IMG/VR virus record: IMGVR_UViG_3300012943_000187
Span: 1 to 34,100 of that record
DNA length: 34,100 nucleotides
Direction: 5' to 3' (one strand)
From: a virus
Lineage: Duplodnaviria; Caudoviricetes
Shown piece by piece: positions 33,724 to 34,100 of the stretch (position 1 is its first letter; each line of letters opens with the position of its first letter). The notes below the pieces were generated by a model. That model did not search any database. It was not told where the DNA came from and saw only the letters and a list, made by a program, of their open reading frames with translations. Both the position numbers and the translations under genes were made by a program.

Positions 33724-34100
33724 TGTATGTCAGTAATGCAAGACTAAGTAGAACAACTGAGATTAAACCAATGCCTGTATCACTTAAGTCTGAGAAGTAT
33801 GAAGAATATTTCCGTGCTCTATTTGTTGGGCGACATGGTAGTGGTAAAACAATCGCCGCTAATAGCTGGCCCGGTAAAACTTTGGATATTGACTTTGATA
33901 ATCGTCATACTCCTTTGCTTGATTGGTATCAGAACACCAAGATAGCTAATGATGAAATCTATGTAGAGGTTATCGACGCATATAATTGGTGGACTAAGTT
34001 CAAGCCACTGATTAATGACCTGATTACTAAGTTTAATCCATATCAGAATGTTTGTGTAGACTCTATTACCAATATGTCTACCACCGCTGTAGTAATGCAA
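33723..34100 (+). CDS. AAA+ ATPase, Sak4/AAA_24-like recombinase (3' truncated; start 33723 or 33771)
   Basis: Not in ORF track; RALFVGRHGSGKT Walker A, DIDFD, VCVDSIT Walker B; adjacent to exonuclease. Confidence 0.8.
   Translation, partial: MYVSNARLSRTTEIKPMPVSLKSEKYEEYFRALFVGRHGSGKTIAANSWPGKTLDIDFDNRHTPLLDWYQNTKIANDEIYVEVIDAYNWWTKFKPLINDLITKFNPYQNVCVDSITNMSTTAVVMQ

Noticed and set aside
33819-34100. 93-aa minus-strand ORF
   Set aside because: Antisense to a clear Walker A/B ATPase on the plus strand

Overview
The window is a 34.1-kb segment of a tailed dsDNA bacteriophage (Caudoviricetes). It is probably podovirus-like, since it has a P22-type portal/adaptor/stabiliser layout and no tape-measure or tube gene is visible here. 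The standard genetic code fits throughout. It has two divergent arms. The minus-strand late arm (1-20964) runs: putative TerS, accessory virion proteins, lysis-type genes, TerL, portal, scaffold, major capsid, head-tail and tail/fibre proteins. The plus-strand early arm (21511-34100) has many small ORFs, a SNF2 helicase, a Cas4/RecB-like nuclease and a Sak4-like AAA ATPase, driven by near-consensus sigma70 promoters. The most notable signals are non-coding: (i) a ~430-bp element with exact dyad geometry around 22800, with 6x11-bp repeats, an IHF-like site and an operator on each side of an AT core; (ii) five small genes each bracketed by its own exact 12-17-bp direct repeat, four of them at the RBS/start, suggesting single-gene cassette insertion; (iii) an rRNA-operon-like leader (hairpin + boxA + long-range processing stem); (iv) a recurrent TGTCC-N8-GGACA operator abutting -35 elements; (v) several densely structured putative ncRNA regions. 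All protein calls come from motif recognition and synteny by eye; no database searches were run.
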